This document shows positions 39,980 through 53,322 of a stretch of DNA of 64,000 nt, one piece after another; the stretch's first letter is position 1; each line of letters opens with the position of its first letter. The DNA is taken from contig CM074525.1 in the NCBI GenBank assembly GCA_037379345.1, positions 1,497,170 to 1,561,169 on the forward strand, written 5' to 3'. Position numbers and translations under genes: made by a program. The DNA is from Perna viridis. Lineage: Eukaryota. The notes beneath the pieces were generated by a model. It was not told the origin of the DNA. It saw only the letters and a program-made list of their open reading frames with translations, and searched no databases.

Positions 39980-40189
39980 TACTGTGAAAGTACCATTGTT
40001 CGTGGGGTACCAATTTTCATGGTTTTCTTGGGTAGGCCAAACCCTTAAATTTGGTTACCAACGAAAAGGAAATTTCCATCGATATGTTAACTGAAAACCT
40101 CAAAACCATGAATTCAAGAATCCACTAACTTGTGTTTCATCCCTAATCTATGAAAATTGGTATCCATGAATTAAATTCCTAACACAGTA
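39980..40189 (+). mobile_element. TA-flanked ~205-bp MITE family E; other copies ~33773-33986(+), 37071-37280(-), 57300-57502(+)
   Basis: tactgtgaaagtac..gtggggtaccaattttcatgg ... gaaaattggtatccatgaat..cacagta. Confidence 0.8.
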
Positions 40190-40637
40190 TACCGAACGGG
40201 ATGTCTGTCGTTCCATCCATATGTACTCCTTACCTTCCATTTTTTCATTCTCCCCTTCATTACACATGGAGGACCCACCTCTTATCCATTATAGTCGATG
40301 GGTTTGGAGGGTCCTCCGTTCACCCCCCCACCCCCTCCCCCCCTCACTGTCTCATGTTGGAGATTCTTTCTGTTGACACTGTCTCATCTGGGAGATTCTC
40401 CCTATTGAGACTGCTTCATGTAGGATATTCTCCATGTTGACATTGTTTCATGTGGGAGATTCAAAACGGTCTCAGCCATAGGCCTTCTTCAGTAATATGG
40501 CCAAAACGATTTTCCAAAAGTTGAACAAGCCAACTTACTACTGAAATCCCTAATGAATTTTGAAACAACATTAATATTGTGAAGGGGAATTTGTGTTGGT
40601 GTCAATATATTTTTTTTTCAACATTACCCTAAACACA

Positions 40638-40853
40638 TTAAGGACCTAGTGTAAGGGACATAACTCTTGAAAGTAGTGATATGTTTGTATCATATTCAAT
40701 TTCATATAAGTCTATCAGCCTTTCATATGAACCAGAATGAAATCAGTCCAAATTACATTTAATGCTTACCAGAGGTTGATGTAAAATGGTGAATACCAGC
40801 GTTCCAATGATTTGCAAGAGTTGTGTCCTCTACCTTAGGTCTACCTTCTTTAA
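40638..40853 (+). mobile_element. MITE family A
   Basis: Same internal sequence and TIRs as the 21772 copy; left TIR slightly deleted. Confidence 0.8.
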
Positions 40854-41028
40854 AAATATTGGGAGTTGATAAGATGAAAAAAGGAGAAATAACATACAAA
40901 TTAACATGCTTGTATTCTTTATAAAACATTATTTAATGCAACGCTTGGCATTTTTTCTTGTGGTGAATTAACAGCTGAACAAGAGTAACTGTCTTTTACA
41001 TGAACAAGAGAAACTGTCTTTTACATAG

Positions 41029-41189
41029 TGCAACAGGAGAGAATGATTTGATTCACAAAATTATACATGTACTCCACGACCAAGGATCGAACCCTGGATT
41101 GCTTGGTGACAAACCAGCCACAAACCGATTTGGCCAAAGAATTAATTCTTCAGCCAAGTCATTTAACTGCCTCTTTAGATCTTACTACA
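41029..41189 (-). mobile_element. ~160-bp TG..CA element containing a tRNA-derived Pol III promoter (solo-LTR-like or SINE head)
   Basis: Minus-strand A-box-like TGGCCAAATCGG (41125-41136) and B-box GGTTCGATCC (41084-41093), 31 nt apart; ends tgcaacaggag..cttactaca; no clean TSD. Confidence 0.45.
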
Positions 41190-42255
41190 GGTAGACCATC
41201 CTGCCACATCAGTCCCTATCCAGGTAGACCATCCTGCCACATCAGTCCCTATCCAGGTAGACCATCCTGCCACATCAGTCCCTATCCAGGTAGACCATCC
41301 TGTCACATCAGTCCCTATCCAGGTAGACCATCCTGTCACATCAGTCCCTATCCAGGTAGACCATCCTGCCACATCAGTCCATATCCAGATAGACCATCCT
41401 GCCACATCAGTCCATATCCAGGTAGACCATCCTGCCACATCAGTCCCTATCAGGGTAGACCATCCTGCCACATCAGTCCCTATCAGAACTGCCTGTTTAG
41501 ATCTTACTACAGGTAGACCATCCTACCACATCAGTCCCTATCCAGGTAGACCATCCTGCCACATCAGTCCCTATCAGAACTGCCTGTTTAGATCTTACTA
41601 CAGGTAGACCATCCTGCCACATCAGTCCCTATCCAGGTAGACCATCCTCCCACATCAGTCCCTATCAGAACTGCCTGTTTAGATCTTACTACAGGTAGAC
41701 CATCCTGCCACATCAGTCCCTATCCAGGTAGACCATCCTGCCACATCAGTCCCTATCCAGGTAGACCATCCTGCCACATCAGTCCCTATCCAGGTAGACA
41801 TTCCTGCCACATCAGTCCCTATCCAGATAGACCATCCTGCCACATCAGTCCCTATCCAGGTAGACCATCCTGCCACATCAGTCCCTATCAGAACTGCCTG
41901 TTTAGATCTTACTACAGGTAGACCATCCTCCCACATCAGTCCCTATCCAGGTAGACCATCCTGCCACATCAGTCCCTATCAGAACTGCCTGTTTAGATCT
42001 TACTACAGGTAGACCATCCTGCCACATCAGTCCCTATCCAGGTAGACCATCCTGCCACATCAGTCCCTATCAGAACTGCCTGTTTAGATCTTACTACAGG
42101 TAGACCATCCTGCCACATCAGTCCCTATCCAGGTAGACCATCCTCCCACATCAGTCCCTATCCAGGTAGACCATCCTGCCACATCAGTCCCTATCAGAAC
42201 TGCCTGTTTAGATCTTACTACAGGTAGACCATCCTGCCACATCAGTCCCTATCAG
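41165..42255. repeat. Composite minisatellite: 33-bp unit (27 copies) punctuated by a 25-bp spacer
   Basis: Unit caggtagaccatcctgccacatcagtccctatc; spacer agaactgcctgtttagatcttacta; block sizes 9,2,2,6,2,2,3,1. Confidence 0.95.
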
Positions 42256-42927
42256 ACCCTGGTACCACAAAAGTTGAATAAATGTCTAGGGATATTCTTA
42301 ACTTCAATGGTAACTCAAATCAAAGTCTTAGAAATTGATGATGTCACAAACAGTTAGGAATTTTCTCAGACTGAAGTAATTTTTCAAGTTTTGTGGTGCT
42401 GGGGCCTGCCCAGAGTTTCATAAACAAAATCTCAAGTTGTGATTTTCCTGAAATTGTTGAGTTTTTTCCTCATTTCTTCAATTTAATTTCAAGTGATCTG
42501 ATTGTTTAAAATTTTGGTTAAGTAAGGTTTAAGTAAACTCTTAGCTTGAGAATTTTTAAGAAACTGGATTTTTATATTTTGTATTTTACACAAGTGAAAC
42601 AGTACAGACTGAATGAAATTTCTCTCATGAGTGGAAGAAATCTCAAACTTCTCTTATGAGTGGAAGAAATCTCAGATTTTTAATAGAAATGGTTGAGTCC
42701 ATTTCTTCAGAAATAATGTTGCATTTTATTATCAGTGAGAATGCCTTCTTCATTTTCCATGTTAAATTGTGATATTACCTTGCAAAATTACAAATTGCCT
42801 GTGACATCACGAAGCAAGGTCATGTGACCTCACCTTACACTGGTTGTCTCAAAAAACATCCATTTACAGAAATTTCAACTTTGATTTTCACTTGCTTCCG
42901 TTTTTGAGTAAGTGAGAAAAAATTTTG

Positions 42928-43126
42928 AATGAATGTGTGAGTGAATGTATGTTTGAGTGAATGAATGTGTGAGTGAATGTATGTTTGAGTGAATGAATGT
43001 GTGAGGTGAATGTATGTTTGAGTGAATGTATGTTTGAGTAAATGAATGTGTGAGGTGAATGTATGTTTGAGTGAATGAATGTGTGAGTGAATGTATGTTT
43101 GAGTGAATGAATGTGTGAGTGAATGT
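42928..43126. repeat. TGAA/TGAG/TGTA compound microsatellite
   Basis: Direct observation, ~34-bp superperiod. Confidence 0.9.
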
Positions 43127-43320
43127 TTCTTTTATCATGTATGTTTTATTTTGTTTAAGATTTTTTATTTTTTAATTGTTCTACAATTTTACTTAAGTAA
43201 TCAATTTTGGTTTTTTTTAATTTTCTGATGTTTACATACTATGGAATTTAAATTTTTTTTTTTTGTTATTTAATTGTGAAAAGTGTTCAGCTTCATTTAA
43301 TGTCAAATGTACTTATTTAG

Positions 43321-43431
43321 GACCAAATTTTTGAAACGGAGAAAAAAATCCAGACAGCCGAGCAAGCTGCTCAAATAGCTGTAGAAGAGGCAGACAGCCT
43401 CCGACACGACTTGATAGAATTACAACTCCGA
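43321..43431 (+). CDS. Internal exon, coiled-coil (DQIFETEKKIQTAEQAAQIAVEEADSLRHDLIELQLR), uncharacterised protein
   Basis: ttatttag| acceptor, |gtaggt donor, 111 nt, phase 0-0, GC island in AT-rich intron. Confidence 0.85.
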
Positions 43432-45038
43432 GTAGGTTACCTTCCCTTGGATCTCAATGCATTTCTGGCTTTTTATTTCTTCATTAATAAAAATCTTTTG
43501 TATAGCAATACTATGATCAGATCTGTAGTTTTTTTTATATTTTTGCTGTGTGACAAAAGAAGAGTACCTTTAATCCTAAAAAGAACCCTAAAAAAAGCCA
43601 TTACAAAATATAGGTGTTGACAATACCATTTCATTGTTAGCTTTTAGTCATGTGAAAATTTTTGTTCCGAAATTTTAATTTTCACATGGTTTTGTCAATT
43701 GAAAAAAATAACCAAAAAACAAACTTTTTTAAAACCCTCTTTCAGGACAGAAATAGTAACCTGCTATAAGTAAAGTAAAGATCAATATACATCAATTTTT
43801 TCATGGATAAATACACATTTTTATTTTTGAATGTCAGAGAATGCATGGTGATCCATTCTACTCTTGCAGTTATCTCCCTTAATATTAATTCACTGAATTG
43901 CCTCCCTTGAAATATTAAGATATTGTGCTTATCTGTATTAATATGGTTTTTATGCCTAACAGATGTAATGTGTTTTTTGACTAATTATTTAATTGTATAG
44001 ACAATGCAGATTTTTACATGTATTAATTAACACATTTATATATACACGTTTTTATGCTAAGTATCTACTTGCCCTATTACTAGAAATGAAAAAACCTGTT
44101 TAAATGCCAAGTAATGTTTCAACTGATAACAAGCATATTAGAAATTGGTAATTGCATTATTGGTTCAAACTAATTCTGTGTAAAATATCAGAAAGCTACT
44201 AGTTTGGAACTCAATTTTGTAATTTTTTTACAACTTTAAATGTGCCATGCTTCTCCATCATTCCTTGGGACTATCAGAAACAGCAAATCATGCATTTATG
44301 TCTTTCCACTAAGGAGAGTGAGTCTCCATTTAGAAGAGGGATCCTCCATTCATTATAGGGGGTCTTCTATCAAAAAAGGGAGTGTCCATTTCAAATGGAT
44401 CACCTTTCAAAAGAGGAAGTCACCATCCATGAGAGGGCGTCTCCATTCAAAAGAGGGATTCTTAGTCCTAAAGAGGGAATATCCATCCTAAAAAAGGAGT
44501 CTCAATTCAATAGAAAGGATGTTAATTACAACTCGTAGTTTTAGATTTTGTGACATTATTAAGGAATTTTAGACTTACTATTTTTATGCAACATGACCTC
44601 TGAATTCTCTGAGTAAATATTTCAAGGAATTGACTTCAGTGTTTTTAGACAGACCACTAAAATAGGCATTCCACAAAAATGGTGTTTCTTTCTGATTTCT
44701 TCCTTTCAGAGTAATGGGCCTTATTAATGATCATTATAAGTTGCACACAAATCTCATCTATTGGCCTTTATAGCTAGGAAAAGTGAAACATTTCTTGTTC
44801 ATTTTTGCACTTAAACTACTAATACAATGTATATTTCTTAAAGTTATGATTATTTATATTTGTTCTACATTGCATTTCTTGGTTCAAACAATTCAAATCT
44901 TTTTCTTAAAAGCTTAGAAATATTGGAAAACGACTTTAGATTTTTTTCAGTTTTCAAACTGTTCAAAGGGGAACAACTCCATCTTATCAATACTTTTTTC
45001 AAAATTCCTGTAATACTGTAGTTCCTCTTGATTTTTAG

Positions 45039-45113
45039 GCTGCATCTGCCGACACAAGAACTTCAGAATTTATTGAGGGAGAAGATGATCCTTCCAGGCT
45101 TAGCTCTCAGCAG
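45039..45113 (+). CDS. Internal exon (AASADTRTSEFIEGEDDPSRLSSQQ)
   Basis: gatttttag| ... CAG|gttagt, 75 nt, phase 0-0. Confidence 0.85.
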
Positions 45114-45706
45114 GTTAGTGAATTCCTAGCTTGTATATTAAGAAAAGGGGGTTGGGTTTGGTGACAATTATCAAGTGAGTGCATGTCTAGGTTGTATATT
45201 GAGCAAAAGGAAGAAAATGTGGTTGCAATGATGACATTCATATTATTAAGGTCATACCTAGCTTCTATATTTTTGAAGTATTATTCTTTATAAAAAATCA
45301 GACACTAGGTGATTCATGCATGTCAAAAACCCACCGAATTCAGTTTTATTTCTTGTTTAGAAACAGATGTAGACCACATAACAAGTCTTAGTTTTTCATT
45401 TGGTTGTTGCACTTTTGAGAATAAAAATATTTTGCAAGAGTTATTGGTGTGATTTGGTTAATTTTAGTGGGAGATGAATGTATTATTTTCTCACAAATAC
45501 AGATCTGAATACTGAAAGGGTTAAAGTTATGTAAAATTCTAGCATATGGAGACTGAGAAAGCATCATTTCTTTGGAGCTTTTTTGTACATCATGAATCAC
45601 TTAACCATTGGCATTGTCTGAATTTTATATAAACTGGTACTTAAAAGACCATTCAAATGTTTATGGACAACTTAGAGTAAACATGGGGTGATGATGTATT
45701 CAGGTA

Positions 45707-46355
45707 CAGTCAAACCTCGGTAGCTCGAACTCCAAGGGACCATTGAAATGTGTCGAGTTATCGGGAGTTCGAGAAATAGAAGTTCGTATATTTCCGTATT
45801 TCTTTCGTTGGCGGTCCGAGTTCGACTTTATCGTTAGTAATTGCTTACTTCCTCCGAAGTTGTGTTAGTGTATCTTTTTCATTCGCTTTCAGAAGATTAT
45901 GTTGATTTATGGACATTAAAAATGCTGTGTTTTCTTTTAAAAACGTCCAGAGTGCGGGTTCATTGGTCAATAATATGTTTTTTATCTGATTTTCTTTCAT
46001 GCTTTCATCACACCGACTTTCTCGAATTTCAATCAGTTTTATCAAAACTACCTAATTAGTGATGACTTAAATATTACCTGTAATTAACTAAAATGACACT
46101 GATTAATGATAGGGTTTCAGTTTTTCACACCTTTTATTACCCAAGCTGACAAAATGGCTGATGAGTTCGAGTTAGTGAGGTTTATTCTCTGAGATTTATT
46201 ACCGAATGGACCGACTAGTCAGTTCGAGTTTTCGAGAAATCGAAGTTCGAAAAATCCAAGGTTATTTATACTGATTATATAGGAGAAAATTTTGGTACTT
46301 TGAATTGTGTTTGAGAAATCCCAGGTGTTCGAGCCATCCGAGTGGAGTTCGATTG
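45707..46355. mobile_element. TA-flanked Tc1/mariner/pogo-type MITE
   Basis: ta|cagtcaaacctcggtagctcgaactc ... gttcgagccatccgagtggagttcgattg|ta. Confidence 0.7.
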
Positions 46356-47399
46356 TATATCCTTGAATTGATTGAAACGTTATTCTGGGTCATCACTTTT
46401 ATGTATACAGGTAAACGTTGACCTTTTAAAGTATATTCTCAACCTTTTAAAGTTGATATTGCTTTAAAATTAGTATTTATATAACAATATCATAATAAAA
46501 AGATTATGATCCAGTTAATGACCTGAGGCATTTCAGTCAATGGAAGATCCACTCAATTTCCTGAAGTTTACTGTTTTATTTGCTGTAAAAGTCATGATTT
46601 GTTCCATGCTACATTATGCAAACTTTTTTGTCACGCTGCAGTGGAGGAGAAAAAGAGGGAAAGTATGGAGCCGCAACTTATGCCGTGTGTTGCTTTTAAA
46701 GTACCATTCTGTGTAAGAATCAGGCAATGGGTGGCACATCATTTTTCTCAATTTTGTTTACTTTGCTTCAAATATATTCAATACATCGAAAAAAAAAAAA
46801 GAAAAACAAAACAAAACAACTGAAAAGCCATTAAAAAATGTATCCGGATTGATATGTGTTTATTGCTTATATAGGGAAAAAAACATGGGAAACTTTTCTC
46901 ATCATTTTACTACAGTGGATTTCAATATCTTTAAAAGGTAAACTTTACAAACACATTGATGCTTATTTCTTGAGGTTATGAGGTAAAAATACTTGGATAA
47001 TGCCATAAAATCCCTGAGTTTTTTATTCTTGATATGCCACATTGTATACACATTTTTGCCTGATTCTTAGTCAGAGAAGTACTTAAATCTTTTACCAAAT
47101 ACCAACTTTCTGTTAAAAGCTTTGGAACACTTAGAAATGACATATTATAATAAAAAATAAATTGAAGAGGTGCCATAATAGGGAAAATAAAATTGCCATT
47201 ATTTCATGGTTTACAGTAACCATGGTAACTCTTTTTATGGAATGGCTTTGAATTTTCCTTTTTACTTGATCTCATATTAAGATTAAAAGTGGGTATTTTG
47301 GAATTAAGATTATTTTATTTGCTGATTTTTTTAGGTGGAGCCCTTTTTTTGTTTTACTTGCCATGTATTATGTCTGTGCTTGATTTTTCTTGAAACTTC

Positions 47400-47605
47400 T
47401 TAAGGAGGTATACCTAGGGTAAGGGACACAACTCTTACTAATCATTGGAACATTTGAATTCAGCATTTTACATCAATCTCATTTTAGCATCAAAGTAACT
47501 TGGATTGATTTCATTCTGTTTCAAATGAAAGCTTGATAGGCTTTGATGAAATTGAATATGATACAAACATAGCAATGATTTCAAGAGTTATGTCCCTTAC
47601 CCTAC
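47400..47605 (-). mobile_element. MITE family A, reverse orientation
   Basis: Internal sequence is the reverse complement of the 21772 copy; starts ttaaggaggtatacctagggtaaggg. Confidence 0.8.
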
Positions 47606-47633
47606 ATCAGGTTAATTTAGTAAGTTAAACCTT

Positions 47634-47916
47634 AGGCCAAACTGATTTAATTGTGTGCTTTCTATGTCAACCACAAAAAAATATGTTGAGTAGGTAGGTA
47701 ATGCAATTTATTTTACAAAAAAAATTATTTTTTTAATTGTTTATTTCCAAAGGGTCGTGCAACAGATGCTGAAAAACCATGTTACACTTTTGCATAAGTG
47801 CATTATGTGCATTATCATATACTTTGCAGATCAATGATACTCTAAATTCTAAGTCAGCGTCAGTAATGGGGGTAGGCTCGGAAAACCAGAAACATGCAAT
47901 TAATTTATTTTGGCCT
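47634..47916. mobile_element. MITE with aggccaaa / tttggcct termini; another left end near 63567
   Basis: aggccaaactgatttaattg ... caattaatttattttggcct. Confidence 0.6.
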
Positions 47917-48769
47917 TGTTGTTAAGCTTTGAAACTAATAATCATTTTTATGCAAAACATGAATTTATTTGTATATTTAATGTATTTTGTTTATTTTAAA
48001 GATTTTTAAGTTTTGCTTTTATTGTTGTGGCTTTACATAGACTGTTTAAGTATCAGTCTCTGAAAGAATCAGGCATTGGGGGAAAACATGGCATAAAATA
48101 AACCAACACTTTATTATTTGACTATTAATACCATTATTTTCAAGGAAAAAAGATATGATTTTATACTCCCACTCAACGAGTCTGTGGTATATTGTAATCA
48201 CCTAATGACTATTTGTCATTATATCCGTCAGTCTATCGAAATTTCGTCGTATTTATCTCGGCTCGCAATGGATAGATTGCTTTCAAATTTCATGTGTAGT
48301 TTCATATAGATATGGCATATGTTGTAAGTCATTCTGAGTGATATCAGATATCAACTTGCTGTCTCTTTTGACTAAGTCACTGTAGGATCAAAGAGAAAAT
48401 TTTTGTCACAAAAATACATGCAAGACCTCAGCTCCCAATGGATGGACTGATTTCAAATTTAATGTGTGACTTCATTTAGATGTGCCATATTTTGTAAGTG
48501 CTTTTGGGTGCTGTAAAACAACAACACATGTTTTGGGGTTTGCATAGCATGACAATGCATCTGACTTCATGTTCCATATTAATGGAGTTAATGGGAGCTG
48601 CAAAAATTTTCCAAAATCTTAATATTTTTTTGCCTCAATATTGGTTCATTCAAACCTTAAACAGATATTAATTGATTTGGCCTAATGAAATAAATCTGTT
48701 CGCCTTTAACAAACATTTTAATTTCTGCCTTAATGTAAAGTCGTTTTTACCCTTCACAAACATTTAATG

Positions 48770-50690
48770 ATTTGGCCTAGACAATATTGATAGAATAGTC
48801 TATACTTCACTGTTAATGGAATAATGGATCATTTTTAAGTGTATCTCCTCATGTTCCTTTGTGATCAGACAATACTATCTCATTGAAGCATTCTTTATAC
48901 AACCTTATCATCTGAAAGCTTCAGTCTGAATTCCTGATGTAGCAACTCTGAATTCTATTGGAATATAAAGAAACTGATTATTATTATATACAGTGATTGG
49001 GGTGTTCATCCGTTTGTTCATCCTTTCTTCCATCCTTCCTTCCGTCTGTAGTTCCTTTCTTTACACAGGGGGAACCCATCTTATACTCCTACTGGCAAAT
49101 AGGGTGTATAAGTGATAGGAGTGTCTGTCCATCCATCTGTCTTTCCTTCCCTTATATAGGGGGGATACCCATCTCTTATTCTTGCTTCTTCTACATCGTG
49201 GATTGGAATTACATGAAACTTTTACAGAATCGTATTACATGTTTTTTATTTTGCACCTTCTTTTTTAGATTTTGATCTGAATCAATTTGGGGGTTTCACA
49301 TAGCAAAACATGGACTTTGCCATTTTTTGATATAGGGACATTGGCGACCCATCTCTTATCGGTTACTCCTTCTACATTGATTCAAATCGATATGGAGGTT
49401 AAAAGATGCATGTCATCAAATTTGGGAGTAGGGGGAATCAAGTTAGTGAGCAATGCTCACTGGTTTTCTTCTTAAATTTAATTTTTTGGCCTTATGTAGA
49501 ATATATTTACATATATCAAATCTGTTTGGCCTAATTTTTTATATCCCGAAACTGACATCTATTGCCCTTTTCCTATTGAAGAGTACTTCAAACTCTAACA
49601 TACATTTATCTGGCCTTAAAAGTTTTTATTTTGTTTCACCTGGTGACAAACATTGAAATGATTGGTTTTTTTTTTATACCTCAAACAGGTATGTAGTTGC
49701 AAAATCAAATTCATAGTCTTTTTTTTATTGTTTTTTAGTTCCCTTACTCAAAACCTTATTTTTGTTTTGGCCTTTAAGTAATTGACGTAATAGTTCTCTG
49801 TTTTTACCAAAATAGGAATAATTGACGGTTTCTAAGTGCATCTCCCGTGTTATTTTGAAATCAGACAGTACTATCCCATTGAACCATTCTTCACAAGAGC
49901 TAATCTTCTTAAAGCTCCAATCTGAATTTCTGATGTAGCAACTATGAATTCTATTGGAATCAAAAGAAATTGATTATAGAATAAATTTGTTTTTGAGGCC
50001 ATATATAGCAAACATTATATTAACTGATAATTAATTTGTTTGGCCTAAATTTTTTATAAAAAAACTGACTTTTACTGCCTTTTCCAATATTATTATCTCT
50101 ATTTAATTACTTGCCCTAACAGAGAAATGGTGTTACTGCAAAGAAATATGCAATTGTATAAACCATTTTTGAACTATTTTAACATATAAAAACTTCTTTT
50201 ACTTTTACTTCTTAGTTCCCCTCCTCAAATACTTATTTTTGTATTGGCCTAAAAGGATTTGACGTAATAGTTCTCTGTTTTTACCAAAGTAGCAATAATT
50301 GACGGTTTCTAAGTGCATCTCCCTGTGTTTCTTTGTGATCAGACAATACTATTTCTTTGAACCATTCTTTACAAGAGCCAATCTTCTAAAAGCTTCAATC
50401 TGAATTTCTGATGTAGCAACTATGAATTCTATTGGAATAAAAAAAATGATTATTGATTTTTAGTAATTTATTTTTATTGGCCTGGTATAGAGAAGAATAT
50501 ATTTACTGATATACTAGAATGACTCTTCATTTGTTTGGCTCTGATTTTTTAAAATCCAAAAACATTCATTTACTGCCTTTTCCCCAATGAACGATACTTT
50601 TCACATTTTTTTTAAAAACCAAATTTGGAATAATTGAGATAAGGGAAAAACAATAATTTTATTTTGTGGCCTAAATTGAATACCCCCTCT
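48770..50690 (-). repeat. Locally triplicated ~480-bp unit containing an AG..GT-bounded 143-144-nt antisense exon-like module
   Basis: Homologous blocks at 48811-48954, 49808-49950 and 50285-50428; copies 1 and 2 are separated by a HINE-like insertion. Confidence 0.7.
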
Positions 50691-53268
50691 GAAGCTTAAG
50701 GACATTAACTAATACTATTCATTTAATTCACAGGATTGATGTACCATTCATTGTAAGAATCAGTCAGTGGGTGGCCTATCATTTTTCTCAATTAGGTCTT
50801 TTTTGCTGCAAATACATTCAATACATCTAGAAAACAATTGAAAAGCTATTTCAATTTGTCATGAAGCATCTGTTAAATAGATATTTTTTTAACGATTATA
50901 TAGGGGAAAAGTATGGGAAAATTTTTTTTTACCTCATTTTTCCATAGTACAGCTCAAACAAATTTGATTTATCAGTATATTTAAAAGGCAAAGTTTACGA
51001 ACACTTTGATGGTCAGTTTTAGAGGTATTAGGTTTATATACTTGGATAATGCAGTAAAATATTTGCCTTATGATATTTTGCCTGATTCTTAGACCAAGAA
51101 GTACTTAATTGTTTCAGTAAATGGATTTCTATCAACATGCAATTGGAAATATTGAATAATTTGAACCTTTTGTTTACTTAATTTCTAAAACAAGTCTATT
51201 TAATGATGAAATGAGCCTTTCTCACTCACAACTGAACATTTAATAAGTTGGATGTGGTTGTAATTCAGAAAAATGCAGGGGGGGTTCAATTGCCCCCTCT
51301 GCCATTACATGGAAGGGAACATAGAAATACCAGTGTCCATCCATTCGTGCATCAATCTGGCCACACTTGTGGATGTAACTTCTGAAAAACCGCTTAAAGG
51401 ATTATTTTCAAATTTTGTGGGATTGTTTGTCGTCATTTGTAGTTGATCATATTGTCCTGCCATTTCCATTTAACAAATTTTCAGGTTTTTTTTCACTTTT
51501 TCTGAATGATTTTTTTTTACTGTATATTTACTTCTGCTTTTGTCTATTTCCATTTTGTTTGTTGACAAAGTAAAATCATCCCTGAAATTTATGGTTGTGG
51601 GACTTAATTGCACTTCAATTTTTTTGCAGCGGTGATCTTTAGATCACTTCACAACTTGATATGTAGACTAAACATTATGAGGGGAGGGGGTTCTCTTGGG
51701 AGGGGCTCTGAGGAGGCACATTAAAATTTCTTTCAATGTAATCATTTGTAAGAATTAGGCAAAACTTCATTTCACCACTCTTGATAGTTAAATTACTAAT
51801 TTCCTACTTCCTCCTAAAATCTAGCTCCCCCTTCTCACCCAAATCATTGTTTCTTCATATCAGCAAACAGACAAAGGTTGGTTGTAAAGATATTGAAATA
51901 AATAATTTTAGTATTCATTGATCCTATTTCCAATTTCCAATTGATTTCGTTAGATGTTTTCTGTGATAAAAAGGAAGATTTTTAATTAAACATCAATAAT
52001 AGTTCCGACCCAATAGTTCAAAGCAATGCACTATGTTTTCTTGAAAAAAGGCATTATTTCTATTCAACTTATTTTTTCTGACTATAATTATGACATGAAA
52101 TAAAGAACTTGACGTAAAGAGATATTTTTCAAAAATGGATGATAATAGAATTTAACAAGGTGAAACTGTTTAAAGTTCAAAGCACGAGAATAGTATTTAT
52201 TGGACTTCTAACAGGAGAGTTCCAATCAGAGAAGTTATTGTGGAATGGGAAAACTTTAATTAATTCAATCATGTGTTCTGGAATATAGTTCCTGAAAAGT
52301 TAAATCTTTTATTTTGGAAAGTAGTTTAAAATATTAACTGGAAGAATGAAATTTTATTCCATGGTCTAACATTTAACAACATGCAATGGTTTAACATGAT
52401 GATGGAATTAAAAACTAGAGACCAATGTGAAGTTGTGATTAAAACATTATGGGATGAATAAAAGAAAAGGAATGACAACCATGATGGCTTGTTTCATTTC
52501 CAAAATTTATCAGTAATATAAACGTGTCTGCTAAAATATCTGTCATAAAAAAAGGATTGTGCAAAACTTTTATACACAAAACTCCTGTTGTTAAGAAATA
52601 AGGAGGTTTCAATAGTTTACAACAAGTAAAGACTGGAAATAGATTTTTTGCGATGTAGATTTTCTTTTTTTTTGTGTGAAAAATTAGTTCATTATTTTGA
52701 GTATTTCTTATAAACAAAAATGGTACGAATTTCTACTTGAAATTTGTGAAAAGGAATAACGAAATTGAATTACATCATGACTATTAATAGAAACATGATT
52801 TTAAAAGCAGAGGAGAAGTTATATGATTCTACCACTTTTTCTGTGCAGAGTGAAGTCTTCCTCCCCAACAATGATTCTAATTTGGGAGAAAAATAGCAAA
52901 ATATTGTGAGACTTTTATGGTCTATCATTTTAAAATACGTGAAAAAAAATCAATTCATTTCAGAAATAAATAGAAAATTATTACCAGCAGTGATATTGAG
53001 ATACAAAACAAAAAGAACAATTTGAAACAATTATTCCAGGTATTCCTTCGTATAGAAACACATGGAAATGAAAATGTAGCAATTACTGGAAAGTCCGGAA
53101 ACGTTTGGAAACTATCAGAGCACAATTGGCTTAATTTATCCTACAATATTTATAAGGAAATGCTAAATCAATTCCAGTTTTACATGTTTTTCTCATAAAT
53201 AAGATATCAATGGAGAGTATTGAATAGATTGGGGACTTTATCAATGAACAGTTTTGTGTTGTCAATAA

Positions 53269-53282
53269 GTTGTCATGGCAAC
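53269..53282. promoter_or_regulatory. X-box-like (RFX) palindrome GTTGTCATGGCAAC
   Basis: One mismatch to GTTGCCATGGCAAC; overlaps the candidate ATG at 53275. Confidence 0.35.
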
Positions 53283-53322
53283 ACAAGGAAAAAAGATAAA
53301 ATTGACTGTTACAAAAGTTAAG
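53275..53322 (+). CDS. Candidate internal alternative first exon (MATQGKKIKLTVTKVK)
   Basis: gtcATGg, in-frame TAA 9 nt upstream, donor AAG|gtaaga, phase 0 matching exon 56394. Confidence 0.5.

Noticed and set aside
41070-41140. Functional tRNA gene
   Set aside because: A and B boxes are present but the acceptor and anticodon stems do not pair properly
41165-42255. CRISPR-like array or repeat protein (GRPSCHISPYP)n
   Set aside because: Spacers are identical rather than unique, there are no cas genes, and the context is a eukaryotic intron. The ORF is a by-product of a 33-bp unit.
51930-53270. Decayed large coding exon (includes a ~75-codon open stretch near 52974-53198 with no ATG until its last ~14 codons)
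   Set aside because: Frequent stops in all frames elsewhere and no recognisable motif
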